A DNA stretch of 64,000 bases from an uncultured Bacilli bacterium (GCA_944350445.1 CALVOW010000002.1:5636-69635); one strand, 5' to 3'; positions 44,070 to 52,883 are shown, counted from the first letter of the stretch. The notes: generated by a model not told the origin, from the letters alone. Translations and numbers: made by a program.

Positions 44070-46013
44070 ATGTCTTTAGATGAACTAGAAGAACAAGTTG
44101 AAAGGCTTTATATCGATATGGAAAATGAACTGCTCTTAAATATCGCTAAGAAGTTATCTCAAGGCAAGCCTATGGAGATAGATAAGTGGGATAGCGAAAA
44201 TAATCAACCATTATATGGCAGTGGTGGTGTTAATGAATGGCAGTTAGAAAGATTAAGGCAATTAAATGGCCTTAACGAAGAGAATGCTAAAATAATTGCT
44301 AAATATTCGGGTAAGACAGTTAAAGAGGTAGAAAAAGTCTTTGATAGAGCTAGAGAGATAGGCCAAGAGAAGGACAAAGGCCTTATTGAAGAAGGAGTTA
44401 AAAGAGGTTTGTTAAATGAGATAGATAAGACCGTTGAAGATGCGCTTGTAAGAGATATATTGGCAAATGCAATGACAGAAGTATTAACTACATTTAATAA
44501 GCAAAATAATAGTCTTCTGATGAGTGCAGGAGATGAATATGTAGCTATAGTTAATAAAGTTTCTTCCCAAGTATTATCTGGCACTAAAACTACTGTTAAA
44601 GCTATGCAAGAGGCAGTTAGTCAGTTTGCTGAAAAAGGCTTAACTGGTTTTACAGCCAGAAATGGAGCAAGATGGAATCCAGAGGGCTATACAAAGATGG
44701 TTATTCGTACAAATACACAAAATACAATAAATCGTATTCAAGACGAGAGAATACAAGCCTGTGGTGGAGATTTCATAGAAATTAGCTCACATATAGGTGC
44801 TAGACCTTTATGTAGCCAGGATCAAGGGCAAGTATTTTCATTGAGTGGTTATTCAGGCTATATAGAAGATTTAGACGGTGGCAAAGTTAAAGTTAGACCG
44901 TGGAGTTCTTCAACATATGGAAAGCCAGCTGGAATATTAGGAATCAATTGTCGTCATTCAAGATATATGTTTGTTCCTGGCTTGTCAAAAAAAAGAGAAA
45001 TGGATTTCACTAAAGCAGAAAATGACGAAATCTATATTGAAAGTCAGAAACAAAGATTGTATGAAAGGACTATCCGAAACAAAAAAAGAGAAATAGCAAT
45101 GCTTAAACAAACAGGAGCAGAACCTAGTTATGTTAAGAGAAAACAAAATAGTTTAAGCAATACTAGAAAAGAATACCTAGAATTTTTAGATAAAACTGGT
45201 AGAACTAGAATAACAGCGAACGAATGGATAGGTAGTACGTCGTTAAGTACTAAAAATATTTCTAAAACAAGAAAGAAAACAAAGACTAACATTAATTATT
45301 CTAAAATGAAACAAACGTCAACAAATTTAAAACCACAAAAATACAATATTGATGAGTATAAAGATGATATAATTAAGAATTATAAGTATTATTCTCAAGA
45401 CAAAGTGTTAAAAAGTATGGGACGTTTTAGTTCTGATAGCAACTTATTTATAGAGCGACAATTAAATAGCAAAGGGTTTGACAAATTGCCTACTAAATTA
45501 TCAGCAATTGAATTTGAGAAACTATCATCTAAAGATTATATAAAAGTTAAAAGAGGTCTTAAAGATTATAATGGAATATCTGCAGAAAAATTGAAAGATG
45601 ATTTTATAAATGGTAAACTATATGTAGGTAGAGGGAATTTTGGAAGTGGAACTTATACAGCTGTTGATAGTGCTATTGCAGAAAATTATGGTAATACCAT
45701 TATTGATATAGCTATACCAAAAAATGTAAATATAATAAATTATAAAGATTTATTAAAAATTAAAAAAGAAAATTTCACAAAGTTAGATAGTTTGTTATAT
45801 TCCAATGATTTTAAAGAAAAATATGGCAGTACTTTTAAAACAGTACTAGAAAAATCGTTAGAAGATTATTCCACATATGCAATATATATGAATTACGATG
45901 TAATACAAGTTGATGTTGAAGATTATAAAAGATTACTAAATATTACAGACGTTGACAATTTACATCCATATTATATAATACTTAATCGAGGAAAAGTTAT
46001 TGTTAAGGAGTGA
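44070..46013 (+). CDS. Head morphogenesis protein (SPP1 gp7 / Mu F-like) with about 230-aa C-terminal extension
   Basis: ...RWNPEGYTKMVIRTNTQNTINRIQDERIQACGGDFIEISSHIGARPLCSQDQGQVFSL is the MuF core. An extra C-terminal domain follows from about residue 420. Confidence 0.7.
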   Translation: MSLDELEEQVERLYIDMENELLLNIAKKLSQGKPMEIDKWDSENNQPLYGSGGVNEWQLERLRQLNGLNEENAKIIAKYSGKTVKEVEKVFDRAREIGQEKDKGLIEEGVKRGLLNEIDKTVEDALVRDILANAMTEVLTTFNKQNNSLLMSAGDEYVAIVNKVSSQVLSGTKTTVKAMQEAVSQFAEKGLTGFTARNGARWNPEGYTKMVIRTNTQNTINRIQDERIQACGGDFIEISSHIGARPLCSQDQGQVFSLSGYSGYIEDLDGGKVKVRPWSSSTYGKPAGILGINCRHSRYMFVPGLSKKREMDFTKAENDEIYIESQKQRLYERTIRNKKREIAMLKQTGAEPSYVKRKQNSLSNTRKEYLEFLDKTGRTRITANEWIGSTSLSTKNISKTRKKTKTNINYSKMKQTSTNLKPQKYNIDEYKDDIIKNYKYYSQDKVLKSMGRFSSDSNLFIERQLNSKGFDKLPTKLSAIEFEKLSSKDYIKVKRGLKDYNGISAEKLKDDFINGKLYVGRGNFGSGTYTAVDSAIAENYGNTIIDIAIPKNVNIINYKDLLKIKKENFTKLDSLLYSNDFKEKYGSTFKTVLEKSLEDYSTYAIYMNYDVIQVDVEDYKRLLNITDVDNLHPYYIILNRGKVIVKE

Positions 46014-46017
46014 TAGT

Positions 46018-46266
46018 TTGAATATTTTTGAAGATTTAGCAGAAAACGAAAAAAAAATTGGAATGTTGTTAGATATTATTTCTGGTTGTGACAATCAAGG
46101 AAAACCTATTGAAATGGATATAAAAGAAAGGAAATATCGAAGAGAAATCTATAATAAAGCAGAACGATTAGGAATAAAAGCATTTGATATAAATGAATAT
46201 TCGGAAAAAGATAAAAAGTTTATGCAAAAATGTATAGAACAATTCAATGAAATTAGCACCAAATAA
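46018..46266 (+). CDS. Hypothetical phage protein (TTG start)
   Basis: AAGGAG, 7 nt, TTG 46018. 82 aa. Followed by the hairpin AGCACC-AAATAA-GGTGCT-TTT. Confidence 0.5.
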   Translation: MNIFEDLAENEKKIGMLLDIISGCDNQGKPIEMDIKERKYRREIYNKAERLGIKAFDINEYSEKDKKFMQKCIEQFNEISTK

Positions 46267-46279
46267 GGTGCTTTTATTA

Positions 46280-46322
46280 TGCCTTAATAGTTTTAGTAGG
46301 TGCAACTCCTACAAAGGCACCA
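46280..46322 (+). other. tRNA-like minihelix (acceptor-like stem plus T arm plus CCA)
   Basis: TGCCTT(A)...(A)AAGGCA-CCA flanks GTAGG-TGCAACT-CCTAC. The T arm is 16/17 identical to that of the tRNA at 40416-40432. No D or anticodon arm. Confidence 0.35.
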
Positions 46323-46430
46323 TAGGACGAGCAATCGTTCTTTTATTATGTCTTTTACTTAGTTAGACAATAAAGAGATTAAGGTGTGGGAATTACTTTG
46401 TTACCCAAATAAAAAACTTAGGAGGAAATT

Positions 46431-46952
46431 ATGGAAAATAATGAAAATGCAGTTACTCAGACTGAAACAGTAGAAACTGAAAATAAAACTGAGGTGTCAG
46501 GAGAACAACCTGTTGAAAAAAATGAAAAAACTTTTACTCAAGAAGAAGTGAACGCGATGCTAGCAAAAGAAAAGAAAAAAATGCCTAGCAAAGAGGATAT
46601 GAAGGCTTTTAATGAGTGGAAAGAAAGTCAAAAAACAGAAGAAGATAAGAAAAATGAAATCTTGTTAGAAAATGAAACTTTAAAAAAACAACTTGCTTAT
46701 GCAGAGAATAAATCAGTAGTCGCGAATGCTGGTGTTGATTCTAAATTTCAAAAGTTTGTTTTGAGTGAAGTTTCAGAAATTGAGGGAGACTTTGAAGACA
46801 ATTTAAAAGATTATTTAAAAGAAAATCCTCAATTCTTAATTAGTAAAATTGAAACACCTAAAACAAATGGTGTAGCAACTAAAAAAATCAGTGATGATGC
46901 CGAAGATGGTGTTACTGCGATTTTAAAACAGAAGCACCCAGATTTATTTTAA
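46431..46952 (+). CDS. Capsid scaffolding protein
   Basis: 173 aa, acidic, coiled-coil. Lies immediately upstream of the major capsid gene. SD AGGAGG. Confidence 0.6.
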   Translation: MENNENAVTQTETVETENKTEVSGEQPVEKNEKTFTQEEVNAMLAKEKKKMPSKEDMKAFNEWKESQKTEEDKKNEILLENETLKKQLAYAENKSVVANAGVDSKFQKFVLSEVSEIEGDFEDNLKDYLKENPQFLISKIETPKTNGVATKKISDDAEDGVTAILKQKHPDLF

Positions 46953-46969
46953 GAAGGAGAGTGATTTAA

Positions 46970-48106
46970 AAGGCAAATCCAATTGGTTTAAATGGTACTC
47001 ACGAAAGACAAGAAAGATATGCTAGTCAAATTGTTAAATTAATGAGACCTTACTTCAGAATTAGAAGTACATTTTCAAGAGATTACGAAGGTAATCCAAC
47101 AGCTGGAGCAGTTAAAGTCCCAGTAAGAAACATGGACGTAAATGTTCGTGATTATGATGTTAAAAATGGTTTAGCATTAGAGCAAAGTGCTACAAACTAT
47201 CTAAATATCCCTATCAATTTTAATAAAGGTATTAATGAGTTAATTGATGGATATGAAGCAGCAGCAGTTCCTGATAACTTAATGGCTCAAAGAATGGAGA
47301 GCGCAGCTTATTCTTTAGCTAAAACATTTGAGGAAGATGCTATTAACGCATTAGTAAGTAATTCTACAGTATCTACTCAACCAGATGGAACTGTAGATAA
47401 TATTTATATGAATATCGTCAAAGATATTGCTCAATTAGCTAAACGTGGTGTAGATAAGAATAGAATGTATGTTGCTGTATCTTACGCAACTGAAGCTTTA
47501 TTACTTGCTAACCCAGTATATGCTAATACTTCATCACAAATTGGTGCAGAATTAGCTAGAAATGGTGTTGTTAACAGAATCAATGGTGTTAATATTATTA
47601 CTCAAGACTTGGGAGAAACAGAAGACGGACAAGCAATTGAATATATTGTTTACGGTGTTGACTGGACTCAAGCTATTGACGAGTGGATGGTTAATCCCGT
47701 TGTTGTTGATTTAACTACTGGATCAAGCGAATATATCGGTGCTAGTGCATTAAAAGGACGTATGGTTTATGCTGATGCTGTAACTGATAAAAACGCAGTT
47801 ATTGTTAAGGCTAAAGTTAGTGTATCTGCAGTAGAAATTACACCAGTTGCTGGTTTATCTGGAACTTTAGCAGATTCTACTAAAGTAGCAGATTTAGATA
47901 GCGTAGGTGGCAGTGGAACTGTAACTTATAGCTTACCAACTGGCGTAGCTGATAATGATAAGTTTGAAATTAGTACAAATACTGTAGTAACTAAGGACGC
48001 TACTACAGGTCCAGGTACTTATACTATTGTAGTAAAAGGAACTGATACAGCAAGCAATACAGCATCTGCAACTGCTGTTATTACAGTAGCAGAAGCTAGT
48101 GAATAA
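46970..48106 (+). CDS. Major capsid protein with C-terminal Ig-like domain; proposed AAG start
   Basis: GGAG (46956-46959), 10 nt, AAG 46970. In-frame TAA at 46967. ATG 47042 has no SD. The N-terminal ..ANPIGLNGTHERQERYASQIVKLMRPYF..SRDYEGNPTAGAVKVP looks like one continuous coat-protein N-terminus. Confidence 0.65.
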   Translation, partial: KANPIGLNGTHERQERYASQIVKLMRPYFRIRSTFSRDYEGNPTAGAVKVPVRNMDVNVRDYDVKNGLALEQSATNYLNIPINFNKGINELIDGYEAAAVPDNLMAQRMESAAYSLAKTFEEDAINALVSNSTVSTQPDGTVDNIYMNIVKDIAQLAKRGVDKNRMYVAVSYATEALLLANPVYANTSSQIGAELARNGVVNRINGVNIITQDLGETEDGQAIEYIVYGVDWTQAIDEWMVNPVVVDLTTGSSEYIGASALKGRMVYADAVTDKNAVIVKAKVSVSAVEITPVAGLSGTLADSTKVADLDSVGGSGTVTYSLPTGVADNDKFEISTNTVVTKDATTGPGTYTIVVKGTDTASNTASATAVITVAEASE

Positions 48107-48126
48107 TATTAGAGAGGAGTGGTGTT

Positions 48127-48489
48127 ATGGTAACAAAGGAAGATTATGAAAAATACTTTGGGCAAACTGCTCCTTCTAATTTTTCAAGATTAGAATATTT
48201 AAGTTTGAATACAATTAAATCTATAATAACTAAACCAATTCCAAAAAAAACTTGTTCATGTTATGAAGATTTTAAAAAAGCAATTTTGGAACAGATTAAT
48301 TATTATGATTTAAATTCAGACTTGTTAGATAGCACTAAAACAGGTGGCTATACTTTGGGTAGTTACTCGGAAAGTGCTAGTGAAATAGAAACATCTAAAA
48401 GCATAGATAGATTAAGCCCAGTAGCTTATGAAATTCTTTTAAATTGTGGCTTATTGCAAAGCCAGTTAGGAGGTTGTTGTTTATGGTAA
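48127..48489 (+). CDS. Head-tail connector/adaptor (by position)
   Basis: 120-aa ORF after GAGGAG. First gene after the capsid gene. Confidence 0.5.
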   Translation: MVTKEDYEKYFGQTAPSNFSRLEYLSLNTIKSIITKPIPKKTCSCYEDFKKAILEQINYYDLNSDLLDSTKTGGYTLGSYSESASEIETSKSIDRLSPVAYEILLNCGLLQSQLGGCCLW

Positions 48490-48635
48490 AATACAAAATG
48501 GGAGCAATTATTAAAGACGTTCCTAAAGGTGCTGAAAAGTGGTATAAGTTAGCTGGTTGGAAGAAATTAGAGACTTCTAAAAAGAAAGAAGAAAAAGATG
48601 ATAAAACCGATACCGAAAAGACTGTTACCGCATAG
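48483..48635 (+). CDS. Small Lys-rich phage protein
   Basis: AGGAGG, 9 nt, ATG 48483. 50 aa. Confidence 0.4.
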   Translation: MVKYKMGAIIKDVPKGAEKWYKLAGWKKLETSKKKEEKDDKTDTEKTVTA

Positions 48636-48933
48636 CTGCATCTATAAAGAGTATTTAGGCAATACTGGTGAGGGTGATGAATGGGCCGACGGAATTCCAT
48701 TATCTAACGTTAAAATAGAAGAAAAAATGCAATTGAAAGTTACTTCAAACGGCCGTGAAGTAATAGGTAATGCAAGATTATTCTACGATTTACAAAATTC
48801 TTCTGGTTTAACCGAAAAACCTGTTCAAAACAGCCTTATAACCTTTAACGATCGAGTATATCACATTGTAGATGTTGCTGTTTTATGTGGTGAAGAAGAC
48901 ACGGCACATCATTATGAGGTAATGCTTAAATGA
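48598..48933 (+). CDS. Minor capsid/head-closure protein
   Basis: MIKPIPKRLLPHSCIYKEY... resembles the Firmicute-phage minor capsid (head closure) N-terminus. The start is not supported by an SD. Confidence 0.5.
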   Translation: MIKPIPKRLLPHSCIYKEYLGNTGEGDEWADGIPLSNVKIEEKMQLKVTSNGREVIGNARLFYDLQNSSGLTEKPVQNSLITFNDRVYHIVDVAVLCGEEDTAHHYEVMLK

Positions 48934-49283
48934 AAAAATTTAATAATTTTAAAGAAGCTTTCCAATGGACTAAAGAAGTCATTGAAAAAGGTTGCATTAG
49001 TGCTGAATCGGTGATCGCTGAACAAATTTATAAAGATTCGAATGAATTTACATATCGTGAAAGCGGTGAAATGTACAAATCAGGAGAAACTCATAGTAAA
49101 TTTAATCAGGGAATAATAATTGAAAGAACTCCTTATGTTCGTAGACGTTATTATGAAGGTGGTACGCCCGGCGCAGGTAACAAAAAAGCACAACCAAGAT
49201 GGTTTGAAAAAACTGTTGCTAAATATAAGAATGATTACCAAGAACAGGCTTCTAAAATTATTGATATGCAAAAGAAAGGATAA
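48930..49283 (+). CDS. Minor capsid / tail-completion-type protein
   Basis: 117-aa ORF with ATGA-type coupling. Confidence 0.5.
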   Translation: MKKFNNFKEAFQWTKEVIEKGCISAESVIAEQIYKDSNEFTYRESGEMYKSGETHSKFNQGIIIERTPYVRRRYYEGGTPGAGNKKAQPRWFEKTVAKYKNDYQEQASKIIDMQKKG

Positions 49284-49286
49284 TAT

Positions 49287-49670
49287 ATGATAGATAGTTT
49301 AGTTACGTTATTACGAAACGAAGTTGAAAAAGCTGGATATAAATGTTATTCTCCAGATTTACCTCAAAATGATGAAAATATAGTAGCTTTATCTTTAGGA
49401 GAAGGAACAAATGAACGTTCTTTAAACAAAGATATTCTATACTCTAGAATACCTTTTTATTTGCTTATTAGAGGTACTTCTAATGATACGGAGACTAGAG
49501 GTATTGCTGATACTATTTTTAAACAATTAGACCATAAAACAGACCTAGAAAATGACAATTTAAGAGTAATTTTAATTAGTTGCAATATGCCAAACTATGC
49601 TTTTAGAGATGAAAACCAAAGAATACATTACAACATTAATTGTAATATTCAAGTCGAGTGGAAGGAGTGA
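49287..49670 (+). CDS. Minor capsid / tail terminator-type protein
   Basis: 127-aa ORF with SD AAGGA. Confidence 0.5.
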   Translation: MIDSLVTLLRNEVEKAGYKCYSPDLPQNDENIVALSLGEGTNERSLNKDILYSRIPFYLLIRGTSNDTETRGIADTIFKQLDHKTDLENDNLRVILISCNMPNYAFRDENQRIHYNINCNIQVEWKE

Positions 49671-49675
49671 TTTTA

Positions 49676-50125
49676 AAGGCACAATACGAAAGTTCAGTTA
49701 AACAATTTAAAGTTCAATTTGATTTAAGCGAGAATGAGACTCCAGATTGGGAGGATCTAATCGCTTTAACTATGTCATATGATCAAAGTGAAACTCTTGA
49801 TACGTGGCAAGATTTATATAATTTCTTATCTAATAACGTAAAAACCGGATTAGACCCAACATGGTCAGTATCTGTTAAATTAGATAAATCAAGTCCAGTT
49901 TGTCAATTCATTTTAGATAAAGAATTTGCAGTAGGAGCAGAAGCAACTGCTAAATGTAAAATTATTAATTTACTTAAAGGAACGAGTGGTAAACAGATTG
50001 AATTTACTGCTACTTTAAGTTCAATTGCGTATGAAGCTACTGCCGAAGAAGTGTTACAAGTAGATTTTGATTTAAAAGTTTATGATAATTCTACATTTGA
50101 AGAAACAGATTACACAGCAGGGTAG
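49676..50125 (+). CDS. Major tail (tube) protein; proposed AAG start
   Basis: The position directly before the chaperone pair fits a tail tube gene. AAGGAG (49662-49667), 8 nt, AAG 49676. In-frame GTGs at 49658/49667 lack a spaced SD. Confidence 0.55.
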   Translation, partial: KAQYESSVKQFKVQFDLSENETPDWEDLIALTMSYDQSETLDTWQDLYNFLSNNVKTGLDPTWSVSVKLDKSSPVCQFILDKEFAVGAEATAKCKIINLLKGTSGKQIEFTATLSSIAYEATAEEVLQVDFDLKVYDNSTFEETDYTAG

Positions 50126-50167
50126 GCTTTAGTGTCTACCCTTTATTTTTTTAGGAGGAAGAAAGAA

Positions 50168-50596
50168 ATGTTAACATTAACTAGAAAAAAATATGAAATA
50201 GAGGAGCCTATTCGTTTAGAAGATGAAAATGGAAACTTACTATATGAGTTCACAATGCAAATTACTGCAGAGGAAAAAAATAGGATACGAGATTTAATAT
50301 TTTCGCAAGAAGATGTGAAAGATGGTAGAAATTTATCTAAATTGGAACGTGAAGGCAAAATTGATGAAATGAACGAATTAGAATTGGAAATTTTAGAAAA
50401 AGCTAAAAAACGTCAAGAAGAATTTGAGAATATTTGCTTTAAGGAGCATAAAGAACCATTTAAAGAAAAAGCTGGTGCTAAATATGAAGAAATGGTTGAA
50501 ATGTTATTCGATTTTTTCGTAAAAGCCTTCGCAGACAAGAGAATATCACAGATAAATACTATCAATTCACACCTTCGCAAGATTACAAACAATTAA
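50168..50596 (+). CDS. Tail assembly chaperone (G-like)
   Basis: AGGAGG, 9 nt, ATG 50168. 142 aa, acidic. Lies between the tube and tape-measure genes. Confidence 0.65.
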   Translation: MLTLTRKKYEIEEPIRLEDENGNLLYEFTMQITAEEKNRIRDLIFSQEDVKDGRNLSKLEREGKIDEMNELELEILEKAKKRQEEFENICFKEHKEPFKEKAGAKYEEMVEMLFDFFVKAFADKRISQINTINSHLRKITNN

Positions 50597-51147
50597 ACCT
50601 TTTAAGAATAGATGATAAAGAATATAAGCTTAATATTACATTTAAATCCGTCTTAAAAATATTTAATTTAATAAAAGATGATAGAGTAGCAGAGTGCTTA
50701 AATATTTTAGGCATTAATGATTTAACTGAAGAAGAACAGATTTTTGTTTTAAATGAAATTGCTGAATATGTATTTAATACAAATAAAAAAGTATCTTCTA
50801 GTAAAAAAACGTTTGATTTAAACTTGGACTACAAATATTATTTTGTAGACTTTTTAAATTTTGGGATAAATCTTAATACAGATGATGTTCCATGGTGGGA
50901 GTTTGACGCGATTTTAGAGGCTATTATGCTCGATGATAAATCTACAATATCAAAAGTATTAAGTTATAGATTATATGAAAAACCACCAAAAAATGCAAAA
51001 GTTCAAGAAGATAAGCGACATAGGTTTATGATGGAAATGAAAAGAAAATATTCTTTACCCGAAACGTTAAGTCCTGAACAAAGTTTAGAAAAATTATGGA
51101 ATTATGCGGAAAAAAAGGCAGGTGAAAGTAAAAGGATGGAGAAATAA
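50518..51147 (+). CDS. Tail assembly chaperone -1 frameshift extension (GT-like; Gp15-like sequence)
   Basis: The -1 frame is open from 50500 to 51147 and has no canonical start before TTG 50824. The slippery T TTT TTC at 50512-50518 is in X XXY YYZ register with the G frame. Confidence 0.55.
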   Translation, partial: RKSLRRQENITDKYYQFTPSQDYKQLNLLRIDDKEYKLNITFKSVLKIFNLIKDDRVAECLNILGINDLTEEEQIFVLNEIAEYVFNTNKKVSSSKKTFDLNLDYKYYFVDFLNFGINLNTDDVPWWEFDAILEAIMLDDKSTISKVLSYRLYEKPPKNAKVQEDKRHRFMMEMKRKYSLPETLSPEQSLEKLWNYAEKKAGESKRMEK

Positions 51148-51152
51148 AATTC

Positions 51153-52883
51153 AAGGTTTCATTAGATGGAAATGAAGCTGAAAAAACAATTAGCACGTTA
51201 TCGAAAAGTTCTGATACATTAAGTAAAAAAATTACTTCTTTTGGAACGAAAATGACAATAGGAGTAACAGCACCATTGACTGCATTAGCAACCGCAGGCG
51301 TTAAGTATAATGCAACAATGGAAACTTATCTAGCTAATTTAACAACATTGTTAGGTGGAAATGAACAAGCTGCAGAAGAACTTCTTAATACATTAAGAGA
51401 AATGGCTAATACAACTCCTTACGAAGCGACTGACTTAGTTAAAGCCACACAAAAAATGATGGCTTTTGGAATTAGTGCACAAGATAGTTTGAAATACTTA
51501 CAAATGCTAGGTGATGTCGCCATGGGTGATGCTAACAAAATGGATAGCTTAACGTTAGCATTTTCCCAAATTAGTGCAAGTGGTAGAGCCACAATGGAAG
51601 ATATTAATCAAATGATAGATCAAGGATTTAACCCACTTACAATTGTTGCACAAAAAACAGGAGAGAGCATGGCTGATTTAAGAGATAGAGTATCTGCTGG
51701 CGGTGTGTCCTTTGAAGAAATAGCTGGAGCGTTCGAAACAGCCACTAGTGAAGGTGGAATATTCTATCAATCAATGGATAAAGCTTCACAGACCACAGAG
51801 GGAAAGATTTCGTCGTTAAAAGATAATTTTAGTACTGCTTTAGGAACAATGACTGAAAGTTTACTTCCATTTGTAACTAGTGCTGTTGATGGCTTATCTA
51901 AACTTGCAAATTGGTTTTCAAACTTAGATGAAGGTGGGAAAACATTAGTTTTAACTATCGCTGGAATAGCTCTTGCGATAGGGCCTCTAAGCACAGCTAT
52001 TGGTGGTTTAATTTCCATCGGCTCTAAAATTAAAACAATAGTTACTGTCGTTAAATCTTGGGGAATAGTGACTAAAACTATGACTGCAGCCCAAACTGCA
52101 CTTAATTTGGTATTAAATGCTAATCCAATCGCGCTAGTTGTAACAGCAATTGTTGCATTAATTGCAATTATTGCAACATTATGGTCTAAATGCGAATGGT
52201 TTAGGGATGGCGTAATGACCGTTATAAATGCCATATGGGGAGCTATACAGTCAGTAGGCTCTTTTATTATGGGCGTGTTCCAGAACGTATTTAACTTTGT
52301 TTCTGGAATATTTACAAATTTATGGAACGTTATTCAAACAGTAGTAAATACGATAGTGTCTATCTTTTCAACTGCGTGGAACACTATTAAGAATGTCGCA
52401 ACTACTGTTTGGAACGGTATCTTAGGTTTATTTAGCGCTGGTGGTAAGATTTTTACTGGTGTAGTAGAAGGTATTGCCGGAGTATTTAAAACTATAGTTA
52501 ATGCAATTATTAAAGGTATTAATAAAGTAATAAGAATACCGTTTGACACAATAAATGGTATTTTAAACTTCATTAGAAACATAGATATTTTAGGAGTTGC
52601 TCCTTTCAAAGGACTATGGAAACAAAATCCACTTCCAGTTCCTCAAATACCAACTTTAAGTGTTGGTACAAATTATGTTGCAGCAGAAGGATTGGCATAT
52701 CTCCATGAAGGAGAGGCGGTTGTTCCTAAAAAATATAATCCTGCTGTTGGAGGCGGAATGACTATAAATTCTCCGATTGTTGTCGAAGTTTATAACGATA
52801 ATGTATCAACTCTTCAACTAGATAGTAAAACAGTCGCAGAGGTCGTAAATAAATATAATGAAAATAGAGAGGTGGCGGTTTAA
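51153..52883 (+). CDS. Tail tape measure protein; non-canonical start (AAG 51153 or AAG 51132)
   Basis: TP901-type core (..EATDLVKATQKMMAFGISAQDSLKYLQMLGDVAMGD..) plus hydrophobic repeats. The frame is open from TAA 51129, and there is no ATG/GTG/TTG before ATG 51252. Yet ..IKFKVSLDGNEAEKTISTLSKSSDTLSKKITSFG.. looks like a TMP N-terminus. Confidence 0.7.
   Translation, partial: KVSLDGNEAEKTISTLSKSSDTLSKKITSFGTKMTIGVTAPLTALATAGVKYNATMETYLANLTTLLGGNEQAAEELLNTLREMANTTPYEATDLVKATQKMMAFGISAQDSLKYLQMLGDVAMGDANKMDSLTLAFSQISASGRATMEDINQMIDQGFNPLTIVAQKTGESMADLRDRVSAGGVSFEEIAGAFETATSEGGIFYQSMDKASQTTEGKISSLKDNFSTALGTMTESLLPFVTSAVDGLSKLANWFSNLDEGGKTLVLTIAGIALAIGPLSTAIGGLISIGSKIKTIVTVVKSWGIVTKTMTAAQTALNLVLNANPIALVVTAIVALIAIIATLWSKCEWFRDGVMTVINAIWGAIQSVGSFIMGVFQNVFNFVSGIFTNLWNVIQTVVNTIVSIFSTAWNTIKNVATTVWNGILGLFSAGGKIFTGVVEGIAGVFKTIVNAIIKGINKVIRIPFDTINGILNFIRNIDILGVAPFKGLWKQNPLPVPQIPTLSVGTNYVAAEGLAYLHEGEAVVPKKYNPAVGGGMTINSPIVVEVYNDNVSTLQLDSKTVAEVVNKYNENREVAV

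Noticed and set aside
46280-46322. Calling the minihelix a genuine tRNA gene.
   Set aside because: Only 9 nt separate the acceptor-like 5' strand from the T stem, so there are no D or anticodon arms. There is also no discriminator base before CCA. It is reported as a tRNA-like element only.
42571-46969. Stop-codon reassignment (TGA or TAA read as sense, for example genetic code 4) to explain in-frame stops before the portal and capsid coding regions.
   Set aside because: TAA, TGA and TAG all terminate long, well-supported ORFs throughout the host and phage regions (for example trxA TAA, MuF TGA, terS TAG). Long genes such as the 837-aa tail protein contain none in frame. The standard code 11 fits.
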